This document shows positions 9,338 to 18,464 of a stretch of DNA of 57,934 nt, piece after piece. The stretch spans positions 1 to 57,934 of the forward strand of contig JAWLHB010000049.1 of NCBI GenBank assembly GCA_041690595.1, read 5' to 3'. A program made the translations under genes and the position numbers. Under the pieces are notes generated by a model, which was not told where the DNA came from, did no database searches, and was given only the letters and a program-made list of their open reading frames with translations. This DNA is from Lentisphaeria bacterium. GTDB lineage: Bacteria; Verrucomicrobiota; Lentisphaeria; JABSQK01; JAWLHB01. The stretch's first letter is position 1. The number at the start of each line of letters is the position of its first letter.

Positions 9338-10444
9338 ATGGGCCGCCATTGCTTTTTGTACCTCTGTCTGAGCCTTGCCAGCCTGCTGACGATGGCGGAG
9401 ACCATCGAGTTGTGGCGTGGCGAGCCGATCACGGATGCCACGATGAAACGCATCCATGAGGGGCGCCTTTATTATGAGGCTGACGGGGTGCAGAACAGCG
9501 TACGTCTGGTGGAGGTGAAGTCCATGTACGATGCAACGGCGGAGAGCGCGCCGAAAGCGGCCAAGGTGCTTGCCTTCCGCGACATGACCTGGCAGAACAA
9601 GGCGGGTAAGCTGCTCATGGTCGTGGTGCAGACGTCGGAGGATCGGATCCACGAGCCGCTGGTGCGTCTCTATGTCATGCAGGAGGATGATCGCGGGCGG
9701 CGCTCGGTGACACTCTATCAGAATCATCGCAATACCCGGGATCCGTCCCGTCTGGAGGATGTGCCGACCATCGCCGCGGCCACGTATGCGCGCAAGCTGT
9801 TTTTTGCTGAGACGACAGATCCGATCGGTCTTCGGCTGGAGATCTGGCTGGAGGGTGATCTGGCCTTCGCCACGAACAACTCCCAGACGGAGCTGCCTGC
9901 GAACTGGTGGCGCTCGACAACGGAGCTGCGGCGGATGCAGTTGGCGGAGATCAGCCGCGAAGAGCTGGAGGCGAAAGCCGCCGCGGCGGCAGCGGAGATC
10001 GAGGCGAATGCCCCACCCCCGATTACCTGCACGATCACGCGGGCCATGACCTCGACGAAGCTCGGAGGCGACGTCAACGCCGAGTTCGTCCTGGCCTACA
10101 CCGTTGCGTCCGACAAGCTGGCTGCTCTGCCGCTGCCGCAAGCGACCCTGCACATGGTCCTGCAGACGCGGGACAATCGGCGTCTCATTCAGAGCATCGA
10201 CATGGAGAAAGATGCCGGGCAGGAGATCGCGCTGGTGCACGGGCGGGCCATTCTGCGCGAGACTCGGCATGAGTTTCCTGCGGACGTGACCCTCAACAGC
10301 GCCAACATGCGCCTGAACAAAGAGATCGAGAGCGCGCTGGTCGCGTGGCGTGTCGAGTTGAAGTACGACGATCATACCATGGCCGTCAAGCAAGGCGGCG
10401 AGCAACGGGTCCTGGAGACGCTGCCGGAGAACTGGTACAAGTAG
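9338..10444 (+). CDS. Secreted hypothetical protein with an internally duplicated domain
   Basis: GAGGAGG RBS, signal peptide, operonic spacing; two segments end in LP.NW. Confidence 0.7.
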   Translation: MGRHCFLYLCLSLASLLTMAETIELWRGEPITDATMKRIHEGRLYYEADGVQNSVRLVEVKSMYDATAESAPKAAKVLAFRDMTWQNKAGKLLMVVVQTSEDRIHEPLVRLYVMQEDDRGRRSVTLYQNHRNTRDPSRLEDVPTIAAATYARKLFFAETTDPIGLRLEIWLEGDLAFATNNSQTELPANWWRSTTELRRMQLAEISREELEAKAAAAAAEIEANAPPPITCTITRAMTSTKLGGDVNAEFVLAYTVASDKLAALPLPQATLHMVLQTRDNRRLIQSIDMEKDAGQEIALVHGRAILRETRHEFPADVTLNSANMRLNKEIESALVAWRVELKYDDHTMAVKQGGEQRVLETLPENWYK

Positions 10445-10506
10445 CGGCAGTCCGCTCTCCACGATTCCCCCCACTCCTTTTCCACCCCCAGCGCCGGAGA
10501 GATCCC

Positions 10507-11307
10507 ATGCATCTCGCTTTTCTTGGCGCGGGCAAGATGGCCACGGCCATTGCCTGCGGTCTGATACAACACAAGGTCTTTTCGCCGGAAGAGATGTCGG
10601 CGGTGGATACCTTCGCCACCGCCTGCGACGCCTTTACCCGCAAGACATCGATCCGGTGTTCCCCGGACGCACGGGCCTGCCTGGAGAGAGCCGATGTGGT
10701 GCTGCTGGCGATCAAACCGCAGGATGTGGGGGGGGCATTGCCGGAGTTGAAGGAGCAGCTGCGGGGCAAGCTGCTGGTCTCGATTGCGGCTGGTCTATCG
10801 ATTGAGCGCCTGTCGGCTTTTACGGGTAGCCAGCGCATCATTCGCGTCATGCCGAATACGCCCGCGATGGTCAGCCGCGGGGCCAGCGTTTATGCCTGTG
10901 GAAGTGAAGCTACGGCAGCCGATCGGGAGTTGGCGGGGCGGATCTTCGGTGCGATCGGCATTGCGTTCGAGCTGCCGGAGGAGAAGCTGGATGCGGTGAC
11001 AGGGGTCAGCGGCAGTGGTCCTGCCTACGTCTTCGAGTTCATTCAGGCGTTGACGGAGGGGGCGGTGGCGCAGGGGCTTCCGCGAGAGGTGGCGCTGGAT
11101 CTGATCGTGCAGACGGTGGCGGGAGCGGCGGAGATGTTGCTCCAGAAGCAGGGTACTCCAGATGAGCTGCGCACGGCGGTCACGTCGAAAGGGGGGACGA
11201 CTGCCGCCGGGCTGGAGGTGCTGCGGGACGGGGGGTTCCGGGAGTTGATCGGGCGCGTCGTGGAGCGGGCAACGGAGCGCTCGCGTGAGCTTGGTCGCGG
11301 CCAGTAG
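10507..11307 (+). CDS. proC: Pyrroline-5-carboxylate reductase
   Basis: GAGKMA, 'LAIKPQ', 'RVMPNTP', 'GVSGSGPAY' and 'VTSKGGTT'; start reassigned to ATG 10507. Confidence 0.95.
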   Translation: MHLAFLGAGKMATAIACGLIQHKVFSPEEMSAVDTFATACDAFTRKTSIRCSPDARACLERADVVLLAIKPQDVGGALPELKEQLRGKLLVSIAAGLSIERLSAFTGSQRIIRVMPNTPAMVSRGASVYACGSEATAADRELAGRIFGAIGIAFELPEEKLDAVTGVSGSGPAYVFEFIQALTEGAVAQGLPREVALDLIVQTVAGAAEMLLQKQGTPDELRTAVTSKGGTTAAGLEVLRDGGFRELIGRVVERATERSRELGRGQ

Positions 11308-11333
11308 CCCTTCACACAGAGGAGGAGAGAACG

Positions 11334-12203
11334 ATGCATGAGCGAAAAGCGCTTGTCGCAGGGGCGACGGGCATGGTGGGCATGCCGCTAGCGCAGGAGC
11401 TTCACCGCCAGGGCTGGCAGGTGTGGGGGGCGGCCCGTCTCTCGGATCCCGAGCGCCAGAAGGCGCTTGCCGCCAGCGGGATCGAGGTCATTCGTTTCGA
11501 TGTGACCAATGACGATCCGGGGAAGCTGCCGGAGGTGGACATCGTCTTTCTGGAGCTTTGGGATCCGGGGCGCCCGGAGTTGATCTGGCCGATCAATTAC
11601 TATGGTGTGGGGCGCTTGGTGGAGCACTATGCGGGGCGCGCCGACTTCATCAATGGCTGCACCATCAACGTGTATGGCGACCAGCCCGGGCAGCCGGACG
11701 AGGGCGCGGCCTGCCGACCGACGTCGGAGTATGGTCGCAGCCGGTACGCGCAGGAACGGCTGATCGACTACTTCTGTCACCGCGGCACCAGCCGGAGCGT
11801 TCATGTGCGTTATGCGCATTCGAACTCGGCGAAGGCGGGCATGGTACGGCGCATGGCGGAGAAGATCCTGGCGGGGGAATCGCTTGGCGCTACGCCCGAT
11901 GCGCGGACGCAGGTGATTGCGATCGAAGACTTCATCCGCGTGACGATCGGTAGCGTGAATCACCTCGCGTCGCCCTCCGTCGCCGTCAACTGCTGTCATC
12001 CCCGCGTCTGGACACAGCGGGAGCTGGCAGAGGAGATCCGGCGTCGCCTGGGACGGGGGGAGGTAGTCTTTGACCATCCTCATGGCGGGGCGGAGCTTTC
12101 CGTGATTGCCGATGTAACGCGGATGCTCGACTGGTTCGGGCCGCCGGAAATCTCGCTCGATACGGTATTGGATCGGGTTGTCGCGGATCTGGGTGGAGCT
12201 TAG
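11334..12203 (+). CDS. NAD-dependent epimerase/dehydratase family protein
   Basis: GATGMVG Rossmann motif; 'P.SEYGRSR' is a YxxxK-like motif with R in place of K. Confidence 0.8.
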   Translation: MHERKALVAGATGMVGMPLAQELHRQGWQVWGAARLSDPERQKALAASGIEVIRFDVTNDDPGKLPEVDIVFLELWDPGRPELIWPINYYGVGRLVEHYAGRADFINGCTINVYGDQPGQPDEGAACRPTSEYGRSRYAQERLIDYFCHRGTSRSVHVRYAHSNSAKAGMVRRMAEKILAGESLGATPDARTQVIAIEDFIRVTIGSVNHLASPSVAVNCCHPRVWTQRELAEEIRRRLGRGEVVFDHPHGGAELSVIADVTRMLDWFGPPEISLDTVLDRVVADLGGA

Positions 12204-12284
12204 CCGCAGGGTCGGTTTTGGGTTGCGGTACGAATGGAGGTACCGTGAGGTCGGGGTTTCCAACCTTGATCCGGAGTACTGGAG

Positions 12285-12656
12285 ATGTGGTATCGACTGG
12301 CGGCCGACCTCGTGGTGGGCATTCATCTGGGATTCGTGGCGTATGTGGTGCTGGGTGGTCTGCTCTGCCTCAGGTGGAGGAAGCTGATCTGGCTGCACCT
12401 TCCGTGTGCCGTTTGGGGAGCGCTGGTGGCGGTGATGAGCTGGGGCTGCCCGCTGACGCCGCTGGAGAACTACTTTCGCCGGGCCGCCGGTGACGAAGGG
12501 TACACCGGCGGCTTCATGGAACAGTACCTCTTCCCAGTGCTTTATCCGGAGGGGCTGACGCCACGAATCCAGCTCATGCTCGGCGTCTTTGTCATCCTGG
12601 TGAATGCCGGCATCTATGCTGTCTATGTGGCGCGCGGACGTCGAGATCGTGCGTGA
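12285..12656 (+). CDS. DUF2784 family membrane protein
   Basis: 'ADLVVGIHLGF', 'WLHLP', 'CPLTPLEN' and 'GF.EQY..P.LYP' motifs. Confidence 0.85.
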   Translation: MWYRLAADLVVGIHLGFVAYVVLGGLLCLRWRKLIWLHLPCAVWGALVAVMSWGCPLTPLENYFRRAAGDEGYTGGFMEQYLFPVLYPEGLTPRIQLMLGVFVILVNAGIYAVYVARGRRDRA

Positions 12657-13904
12657 TCAGGCAAATTCCTCGGTCACTTCGGCCGCGATGCGCGCCCATT
12701 CCCACAGCCGCTTCGGCTCCCAGCGGACGGTGCTGATGTCCTTTTGAATGACCTCGACGACGCAGCCGCGGGTGCGCTCCAAGGCATCGCGCAGGCTGTT
12801 GCGCACGAAGTCGGGCTGCCAGAGATCGTCGGCGAGGAAGGCCGGGTTGGTCTTCATGGAGAAGACGTAGCGGTCCCCCATGCGTTCGGCGGCCCGATCG
12901 AGCTTGACCCAGGGGCTCATCGAGATCTTGCGCAGGTTGGGGACGGTGCGCAGGATGTCCATCTTGATGTCGAGGGGCTCACAGCAACCGTAATAGGTGA
13001 GGCCGAAGCGCTCCAGCCAGCGCTTTTCATAGCGGAGGGCAAACTCCATGTGCATGGTCGGCGAGACCTCACTGAAGATCTGGGCCGTGGCGCATCCCCA
13101 GAGGTTGAGCGGTCGCGGATGAGCGGGGTCAAACTGCTTGCCTGGCAGTTCCTTGGTGTAGCCGAGGCCGCCCGAGCCGATGCGAACATTGCCATCGTTG
13201 CGCGCGAGCAGGTTCAACTCTTCCCACTGATCGAGGCGGTGCAGGTAAGCGTTGACGAGGCGGTCCATGGCCGCGTGCACCATCTCCGGGCGCATCGCCA
13301 GGTCCATCATGGCAGGCTGCACGCCCCACCAGCGGATCAACTCGTCCCATGGTGCAAACCAAGTGCCGGGGAAGCCACGCTTCTCGACGGTCAGGATGCC
13401 GCCGAAGATCTGGCGCATCGCCTCAAGGCGCTGATCGGTCGCTTCATGATCGACGGTGACGACCGGCATCTGGATCTTCTCGATGTCCTCCGGTTCGCGG
13501 ATCACGGGATCGAAGTGCTGGGAAGCGACACTCCCCTCGTACTGGTTGAGCCACTGCCCCTGTTGCTTGAGCCCGAAACCGGTGTCGTTGACGACGATGG
13601 GGGAGTAGATGGTGTCGGTGACGATCATGTCGCCCTGCAGATGGCGCCACTGGTAGAGCAACTGGCGCAACTGCGTTTCGAGGCCGCGGCAGAAGTCGCC
13701 CTCGCAACGGAGCGTGAGCTCGTCGTCGACATTCATTTCGGACCAGCAGATCTCGTTGATCCAGACGAGGGGTTTCACCCGTTCCAGATCATTGAGCCGC
13801 TGCCACAAGCGGGCCCTTTCCGCATGGACCGGCAGTGCGGCGATCTCGGCGACTTCGGCCGCCAGCCTGCGCAGAATAGACTTGTCCTGATCGTGAATCA
13901 CCAT
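12657..13904 (-). CDS. URO-D/methyltransferase-like TIM-barrel hypothetical protein
   Basis: 'SEVSP.MH.EF', 'YYGCCEPL', 'RKISMSPW' and 'KDIST' motifs typical of this uncharacterised family. Confidence 0.65.
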   Translation of the reverse strand: MVIHDQDKSILRRLAAEVAEIAALPVHAERARLWQRLNDLERVKPLVWINEICWSEMNVDDELTLRCEGDFCRGLETQLRQLLYQWRHLQGDMIVTDTIYSPIVVNDTGFGLKQQGQWLNQYEGSVASQHFDPVIREPEDIEKIQMPVVTVDHEATDQRLEAMRQIFGGILTVEKRGFPGTWFAPWDELIRWWGVQPAMMDLAMRPEMVHAAMDRLVNAYLHRLDQWEELNLLARNDGNVRIGSGGLGYTKELPGKQFDPAHPRPLNLWGCATAQIFSEVSPTMHMEFALRYEKRWLERFGLTYYGCCEPLDIKMDILRTVPNLRKISMSPWVKLDRAAERMGDRYVFSMKTNPAFLADDLWQPDFVRNSLRDALERTRGCVVEVIQKDISTVRWEPKRLWEWARIAAEVTEEFA

Positions 13905-13927
13905 CCCTGAAGTCTCCCCTCTGATGT

Positions 13928-14770
13928 TCAGTTGTTCTGTTTGGGCAGGGGAATCCGCTCACCGACCGGACGCGGATTCGCCGTCCAATGGCCATACGGA
14001 TCCATGCCGCGAGCAAGAATAGCGTTCCTGCCCCATCCCTTCAATGGCTGCACCTCGGGCGGCACAAAGCGCATGGTCAGTCCGCAGCGCCGGCGGGTGG
14101 ATGGATTCGGCTCGCTGCCGTGAAGCAGCAAATCGGAATGCAGGGAAATCTCTCCCGCCTTCAGGTTGACGGAGACAGGCTCATCCCCATACTGAAGCGG
14201 GTTGTGTACCGATTGAAAGAGGACGTTCTGCTCGCTGGCATCGCTGTCCGCAAAGGCAATCTGCCCATGCAGATGCGAACGTGGTACCAGTTTCATCGCG
14301 CCATTCTCCTCGTCCACGTCGTCGATGGCGAGCCATACGGTGACGGTGCGACTCGGGGTGAGGGGCCAGTACGAGGCATCCTGATGCCAGCTGACCCGCT
14401 TCGTGTCGCCGGGTTCCTTGCAGAAGAAGTGGGTTCCCCAGCAGACGAGATTCTCGCCCAGCAGGTCCTGCACATAGTCAAGGATGCGCGGCTCGATGCA
14501 CAGATCGTACAGGGCCTCGCAGTGCAGTTGCCAGCCGTTGATCGAGTAGCTGTTGTAGCCGGCGGCGGCAGCCTTGTTCATCAACTGGTCAAAGTATTCG
14601 CGGTGGCGGCGGGCCTCGTCGTCATTGAAGAGGCGCAGGGGGAAGATATACCCTTTGGCGTTGTACTGGTCGATCTGCCGGCGGGTCAGCTTGCGGGGCT
14701 GTTCGTTGGTGACGGCGCGAAAGGTCAGTTCGCGGCTGAGATCGGGATGTGCATCAGTATGCTCGGACAT
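13928..14770 (-). CDS. Phytanoyl-CoA dioxygenase (PhyH) family Fe(II)/2OG enzyme
   Basis: WHQD (HxD), 'TVWLAIDD..ENG', 'P.SH' and 'LHGS.PN..R'; start at ATG 14770 with AGGAG RBS. Confidence 0.88.
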   Translation of the reverse strand: MSEHTDAHPDLSRELTFRAVTNEQPRKLTRRQIDQYNAKGYIFPLRLFNDDEARRHREYFDQLMNKAAAAGYNSYSINGWQLHCEALYDLCIEPRILDYVQDLLGENLVCWGTHFFCKEPGDTKRVSWHQDASYWPLTPSRTVTVWLAIDDVDEENGAMKLVPRSHLHGQIAFADSDASEQNVLFQSVHNPLQYGDEPVSVNLKAGEISLHSDLLLHGSEPNPSTRRRCGLTMRFVPPEVQPLKGWGRNAILARGMDPYGHWTANPRPVGERIPLPKQNN

Positions 14771-14905
14771 GGGTGAGTCTCCTGAGAGTGAATGAAAGCG
14801 TAATGACGCGACTATGTACATAATGTACGGGGCATCGGTACACTTCACCATGGACGCTTTTGAGTATTCCATGTATAGTCTTTGGATCCAGCCCTGGGAG
14901 AGACG

Positions 14906-15703
14906 ATGGATCCGCTGCTGAACAACCTGCATGTCGATATACATGTGGCCGACCAGCGCCCGCTTTTGCGAACGTGGCGGGCCAGCGACAGCCGCCAACC
15001 TTTTGCACGCCTGTATCACGTTCGAAGCGGCCGGGGCTACCTCTATCATCACGACCGGCGTTACGCGCTGGAGGCGGACAGCCTCTACATCATTCCCTCG
15101 CTGACACCCCTCACCTATGCCTGCGAGAAGCCGCTGCATATTCAGTGGACGCACTTCAACGCCCGCCTACGCAATGGCATCGACCTCTTCCAGTATCTGG
15201 CATGCGACTACCAGGTGGCAAGCGAGGATGCGCCGTGGCATGCGGAGCTTTTTCAGCGCCTGATCGCCCTGCACGGCGAGAGCGGCAGCCATCGGCAGTT
15301 GCAGTGCACCGGGCTCATGCTGCAGCTGCTCGCGCCATTTGTGGCTACGGCCGATCCGGAACGCCGCCAGCAGGTGCTGCGCTTTCAACGGGTCCTGACC
15401 TATATCGATGAGCATCTGGCGGAATCCATTCCCCTGGCGCGTCTGGCTGACCTGGCGCACTTGGAGCCGACCTATTTCTCGGCCCTCTTCTCGCGTCACT
15501 TCGGCGCCCCACCCCTGCGCTACATCCACCAGCGCCGGATCGAGCGCGCCCTCAATCTGCTGTGGAACAGCGACAGCACCCTGGCGCGGGTGGCGGAGCT
15601 GCTCGGCTATACCGACGCGTTCCACTTCTCGCGCACCTTCAAGAAGATCACCGGCATCACGCCTGCCGACTTCCGCCACCAGCGCCGTTTTCCGCAACCT
15701 TAG
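14906..15703 (+). CDS. AraC family transcriptional regulator
   Basis: N-terminal cupin and C-terminal double HTH ('GYTDAFHFSRTFKKITG.TP'); divergent from phyH. Confidence 0.92.
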   Translation: MDPLLNNLHVDIHVADQRPLLRTWRASDSRQPFARLYHVRSGRGYLYHHDRRYALEADSLYIIPSLTPLTYACEKPLHIQWTHFNARLRNGIDLFQYLACDYQVASEDAPWHAELFQRLIALHGESGSHRQLQCTGLMLQLLAPFVATADPERRQQVLRFQRVLTYIDEHLAESIPLARLADLAHLEPTYFSALFSRHFGAPPLRYIHQRRIERALNLLWNSDSTLARVAELLGYTDAFHFSRTFKKITGITPADFRHQRRFPQP

Positions 15704-15765
15704 GCTGGAGAGAGGTAGTCGGACGGAGTCGGAGCAGAGGAGTTGAGGCGAGAAGTATCTGCTGA

Positions 15766-15866
15766 GCCGTGGACGCAACCCTTTCAGGGTTGATGCGTGG
15801 GCGGACAGAATACCCAGGGTAGCCTGGAGGGCAACCCTGGGCTATGGGACGCAGCCCCGTTGGGGC
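15766..15866. repeat. Three-hairpin REP/MITE-like element (family B), copy 2
   Basis: Homologous to 166-265, with conserved stems and different loops. Confidence 0.8.
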
Positions 15867-15881
15867 TGGGGGGCGAAAGAA

Positions 15882-15947
15882 GACGAAGTGGACGAAGTGG
15901 ACGAAGTGGACGAAGTGGACACAGCGGACACAGCGGACACAGTGGAC
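15882..15947. repeat. 9-bp tandem repeat
   Basis: GACGAAGTG x4, GACACAGCG x2, GACACAGTG x1. Confidence 0.9.
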
Positions 15948-15995
15948 GGCAATTCAGGAATTGCCGCTCGGAGGCCGCCTTATCGTTGTCGGGTG

Positions 15996-17606
15996 CTACT
16001 GGCCGGTGGGGACTTCGTCGCTGGGGGTTACTCCATGCACGGGTTCGGCGGGACGCTGGGACTCGGGGGCGGCGGCAGCGCGCAGGGAGAGAGCCTGTAC
16101 CTGTGCCTGGCGCGAATAGTCGATGGATTCCGCGAGAATGCGCGCGGCCTCCTGGTCAGCATGAAAGCCGCGGGAGTTCTCGCTGCTGATGAAGTCGAGA
16201 CGCCACATGGATTTCCTCTGCAGTTCCAGGATGGGAGCCATCTGCTCTTCCGTCGCACCGGCAGCCTGGGCGGCGCGAATGTCGTCGAGCATGGCGGTCA
16301 TGGCCGCGGAGGCACGGTCGATCATGTCGATGGTGCGGTTCTGGATGGTGGTGACTTTGTCCAGCAATTCCTCTTCGGGCACATTGTGGCAGGTCTGGCA
16401 GGCGTTGTTGATGTTGAGGAGCGGGCTGCGCACCCAATGGCTGCTGACCTTCATGGCGCCCTGGCGTTCGTAGGGCATGTGACAGTCGGCGCAGCCAACG
16501 CCACTGCGGGCGTGAACTCCCTGGCTCCACAATTCGAACTCCGGGTGCTGAGCCTTGTAGACCTTGGCTCCCGTTTCGCCGTGCTCCCAGTCGTAGAAAG
16601 GGGTTCCGTCGGGGAAGGTGTGCTCGTTGTACGTTTTCTCGATCTGCTCGACCTTCAAGCCATTCTGCCAGGGGAAGAAGAGGGTCTCCTTGGGGCCGCA
16701 ATAGTACTCGACGTGGCATTGAGCACAGACAAAGGAGCGCATTTCCTGGCGTGAAGCGTCGACGTTGGGATCATACGGCTTGCCGCGGCCTCCGGCCCGC
16801 CAGTTCTCGACGCTGGGGAGGTGAGGTGCACGGGCAGTGCCTTCGGCAAAGGCCGCGATGCCGCGGATGAAGCCGGGTCGCGTCACCCGTGTCTTCATGG
16901 TAGCTGGATCATGGCAATCGACACAGCTCACGGGATGTGGATTCGGCTCGCCGGTACCATCCGGCGTCTTCGAGAGCTCGGCGTGTGCGTCGGCATAGGG
17001 AATGGTACTGATCATCTCGAACCCTTTCAGTACCGCTTCCCAGTTGAAATCCGTAGCCAGAGCTTCGGCATCGGCGGGCTCTCCCATTGCCTCCAGGCCG
17101 AGTCGGCGATAGGTGGGGATGATGCTGGAATGACAATGGAGGCAGGCGCCGGGCTGCGAACGCTCGGTCACCCGTTTGGTCTCGAGTTGGTCGGAGAGCA
17201 TGTAGGCATGGCCTCGCGCCTCGCGGTAGTCAATGGAGAACGCATAGCCGGAATAGAGGCGCTTGAGCCATGGCTGTTCCTCGAGCTTCTGGGCGGACAT
17301 GGCGCTGGACCCACCGTAATAACGGGCTGTATCGGCGGTGCGCTGGTAGCCGTCGAACTGCCGTGGCCAGTTGATGCCCCACGGATTGGGATCGGTGGTG
17401 GTCTCGTTAACCTCGACAAGTCGCACAAAAGGGGTTCGGGCTTCCTGCTTGCGGCCGAAGATATTGATGAGGAGGGCGACGACGCCGAAGGTGGCGATGG
17501 CTACCAGTACCATTAACGAGGCAAGGAGGAGAAAGCGGTTTCGAGGTTTGGCCGCGGGGGCGGACGGTTGAGTGGAGTTGTCACGGCTCTCGGCAGGATC
17601 CATCAT
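15996..17606 (-). CDS. nrfA: Ammonia-forming cytochrome c nitrite reductase, CXXCH-heme-1 variant
   Basis: Five heme motifs (CLHCH, CVDCH, CAQCH, CADCH, CQTCH), 'RGH', 'CHVEYY', KAQHPEFE and 'ENS.GFH'. Confidence 0.93.
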   Translation of the reverse strand: MMDPAESRDNSTQPSAPAAKPRNRFLLLASLMVLVAIATFGVVALLINIFGRKQEARTPFVRLVEVNETTTDPNPWGINWPRQFDGYQRTADTARYYGGSSAMSAQKLEEQPWLKRLYSGYAFSIDYREARGHAYMLSDQLETKRVTERSQPGACLHCHSSIIPTYRRLGLEAMGEPADAEALATDFNWEAVLKGFEMISTIPYADAHAELSKTPDGTGEPNPHPVSCVDCHDPATMKTRVTRPGFIRGIAAFAEGTARAPHLPSVENWRAGGRGKPYDPNVDASRQEMRSFVCAQCHVEYYCGPKETLFFPWQNGLKVEQIEKTYNEHTFPDGTPFYDWEHGETGAKVYKAQHPEFELWSQGVHARSGVGCADCHMPYERQGAMKVSSHWVRSPLLNINNACQTCHNVPEEELLDKVTTIQNRTIDMIDRASAAMTAMLDDIRAAQAAGATEEQMAPILELQRKSMWRLDFISSENSRGFHADQEAARILAESIDYSRQAQVQALSLRAAAAPESQRPAEPVHGVTPSDEVPTGQ

Positions 17607-17638
17607 CAGGTTGACTCCTTGAACTGGGGATTGGGAAA

Positions 17639-18133
17639 TTATTTCTGTGGGCCATGTCCCACATCGTCATGGCAGTGTATACACATCAGCATTTCGGCGT
17701 CGGGCGACTCCGGCAGCATTTGATGAACGACATCCTTGTGGCATGCAATGCAGTTTTCCTGGGTAATTCGCCGGTTTCGTGCCTTGATCTGGATAGGCTC
17801 GTGAAAATTGTCCAGAGTAAAGGCGAGCGAGTGAAAGAAGCCATTGTCCATTTTGGCGATGTACTTGCCCACAAAATCGTGCGGCAGGTGGCAGTCGACA
17901 CAAACGGCGACGTGATGATGGCTCGCCTTCTGCCAGGTATCGTAATAGTCCTGCATGATATGGCAGTTGGCACAGGCCTGCGGGTCGCTACTCAAGTAGC
18001 TCAACCCCTTGGCATAGCCAAAGGTGAAGGTGCCGATCCCCAGAAACATCCCGATGACGATAGCGGTGCCGACAATCAGCGCAAGTTGGACGGTTGGGCG
18101 TGGCCCAGCTTTGGCGTTCTCGATCTCGCTCAT
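17639..18133 (-). CDS. nrfH: Cytochrome c nitrite reductase small subunit (tetraheme)
   Basis: TM anchor plus CANCH, CVDCH, CIACH and CIHCH; directly upstream of nrfA. Confidence 0.93.
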   Translation of the reverse strand: MSEIENAKAGPRPTVQLALIVGTAIVIGMFLGIGTFTFGYAKGLSYLSSDPQACANCHIMQDYYDTWQKASHHHVAVCVDCHLPHDFVGKYIAKMDNGFFHSLAFTLDNFHEPIQIKARNRRITQENCIACHKDVVHQMLPESPDAEMLMCIHCHDDVGHGPQK

Positions 18134-18464
18134 TCCGCTCTCCCCATGCGTCCAGACCTGCAAAGATTTTCCTGTGGACGGATCGACTCCAACAAATGTC
18201 TGTACAAATAGATCGACATGATGCGTTTTGTCAATGATGGGAGGAAAGGAAAGGCGGATGGCGCGGTGCCAAGGGAGCTGCTGAGGCAGAATATGGGCAT
18301 AAAGCGCGGCTGGTTTCGGATCATCGGGTCGGTCCGCCGAGATCGAAGCGAAGCCCGATTTGGAGGCTTTGTTGCTCTATATCCTATATGTGTTGTCAAT
18401 ATGATGTATGTTGGTACGTGGGGGAGAGATGTCGGGACACATGTCGCAGGCATAAATAAGCTCT

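Noticed and set aside
10345..10506. N-terminal extensions in the ORF track (proC, phyH, enzyme I, hoxW, hoxY, hoxF, hypA, hypD, hypE, yqaE)
   Set aside because: They overlap neighbouring genes or promoters. Downstream starts match family N-termini and often have an RBS.
13928..14770. PhyH protein as a halogenase
   Set aside because: It retains HxD (HQD); Fe/2OG halogenases replace the Asp with Ala or Gly.
14812..14828. CATAATGTA resembling part of dif
   Set aside because: The XerD half is missing, and it lies in the phyH/araC divergent promoter region.
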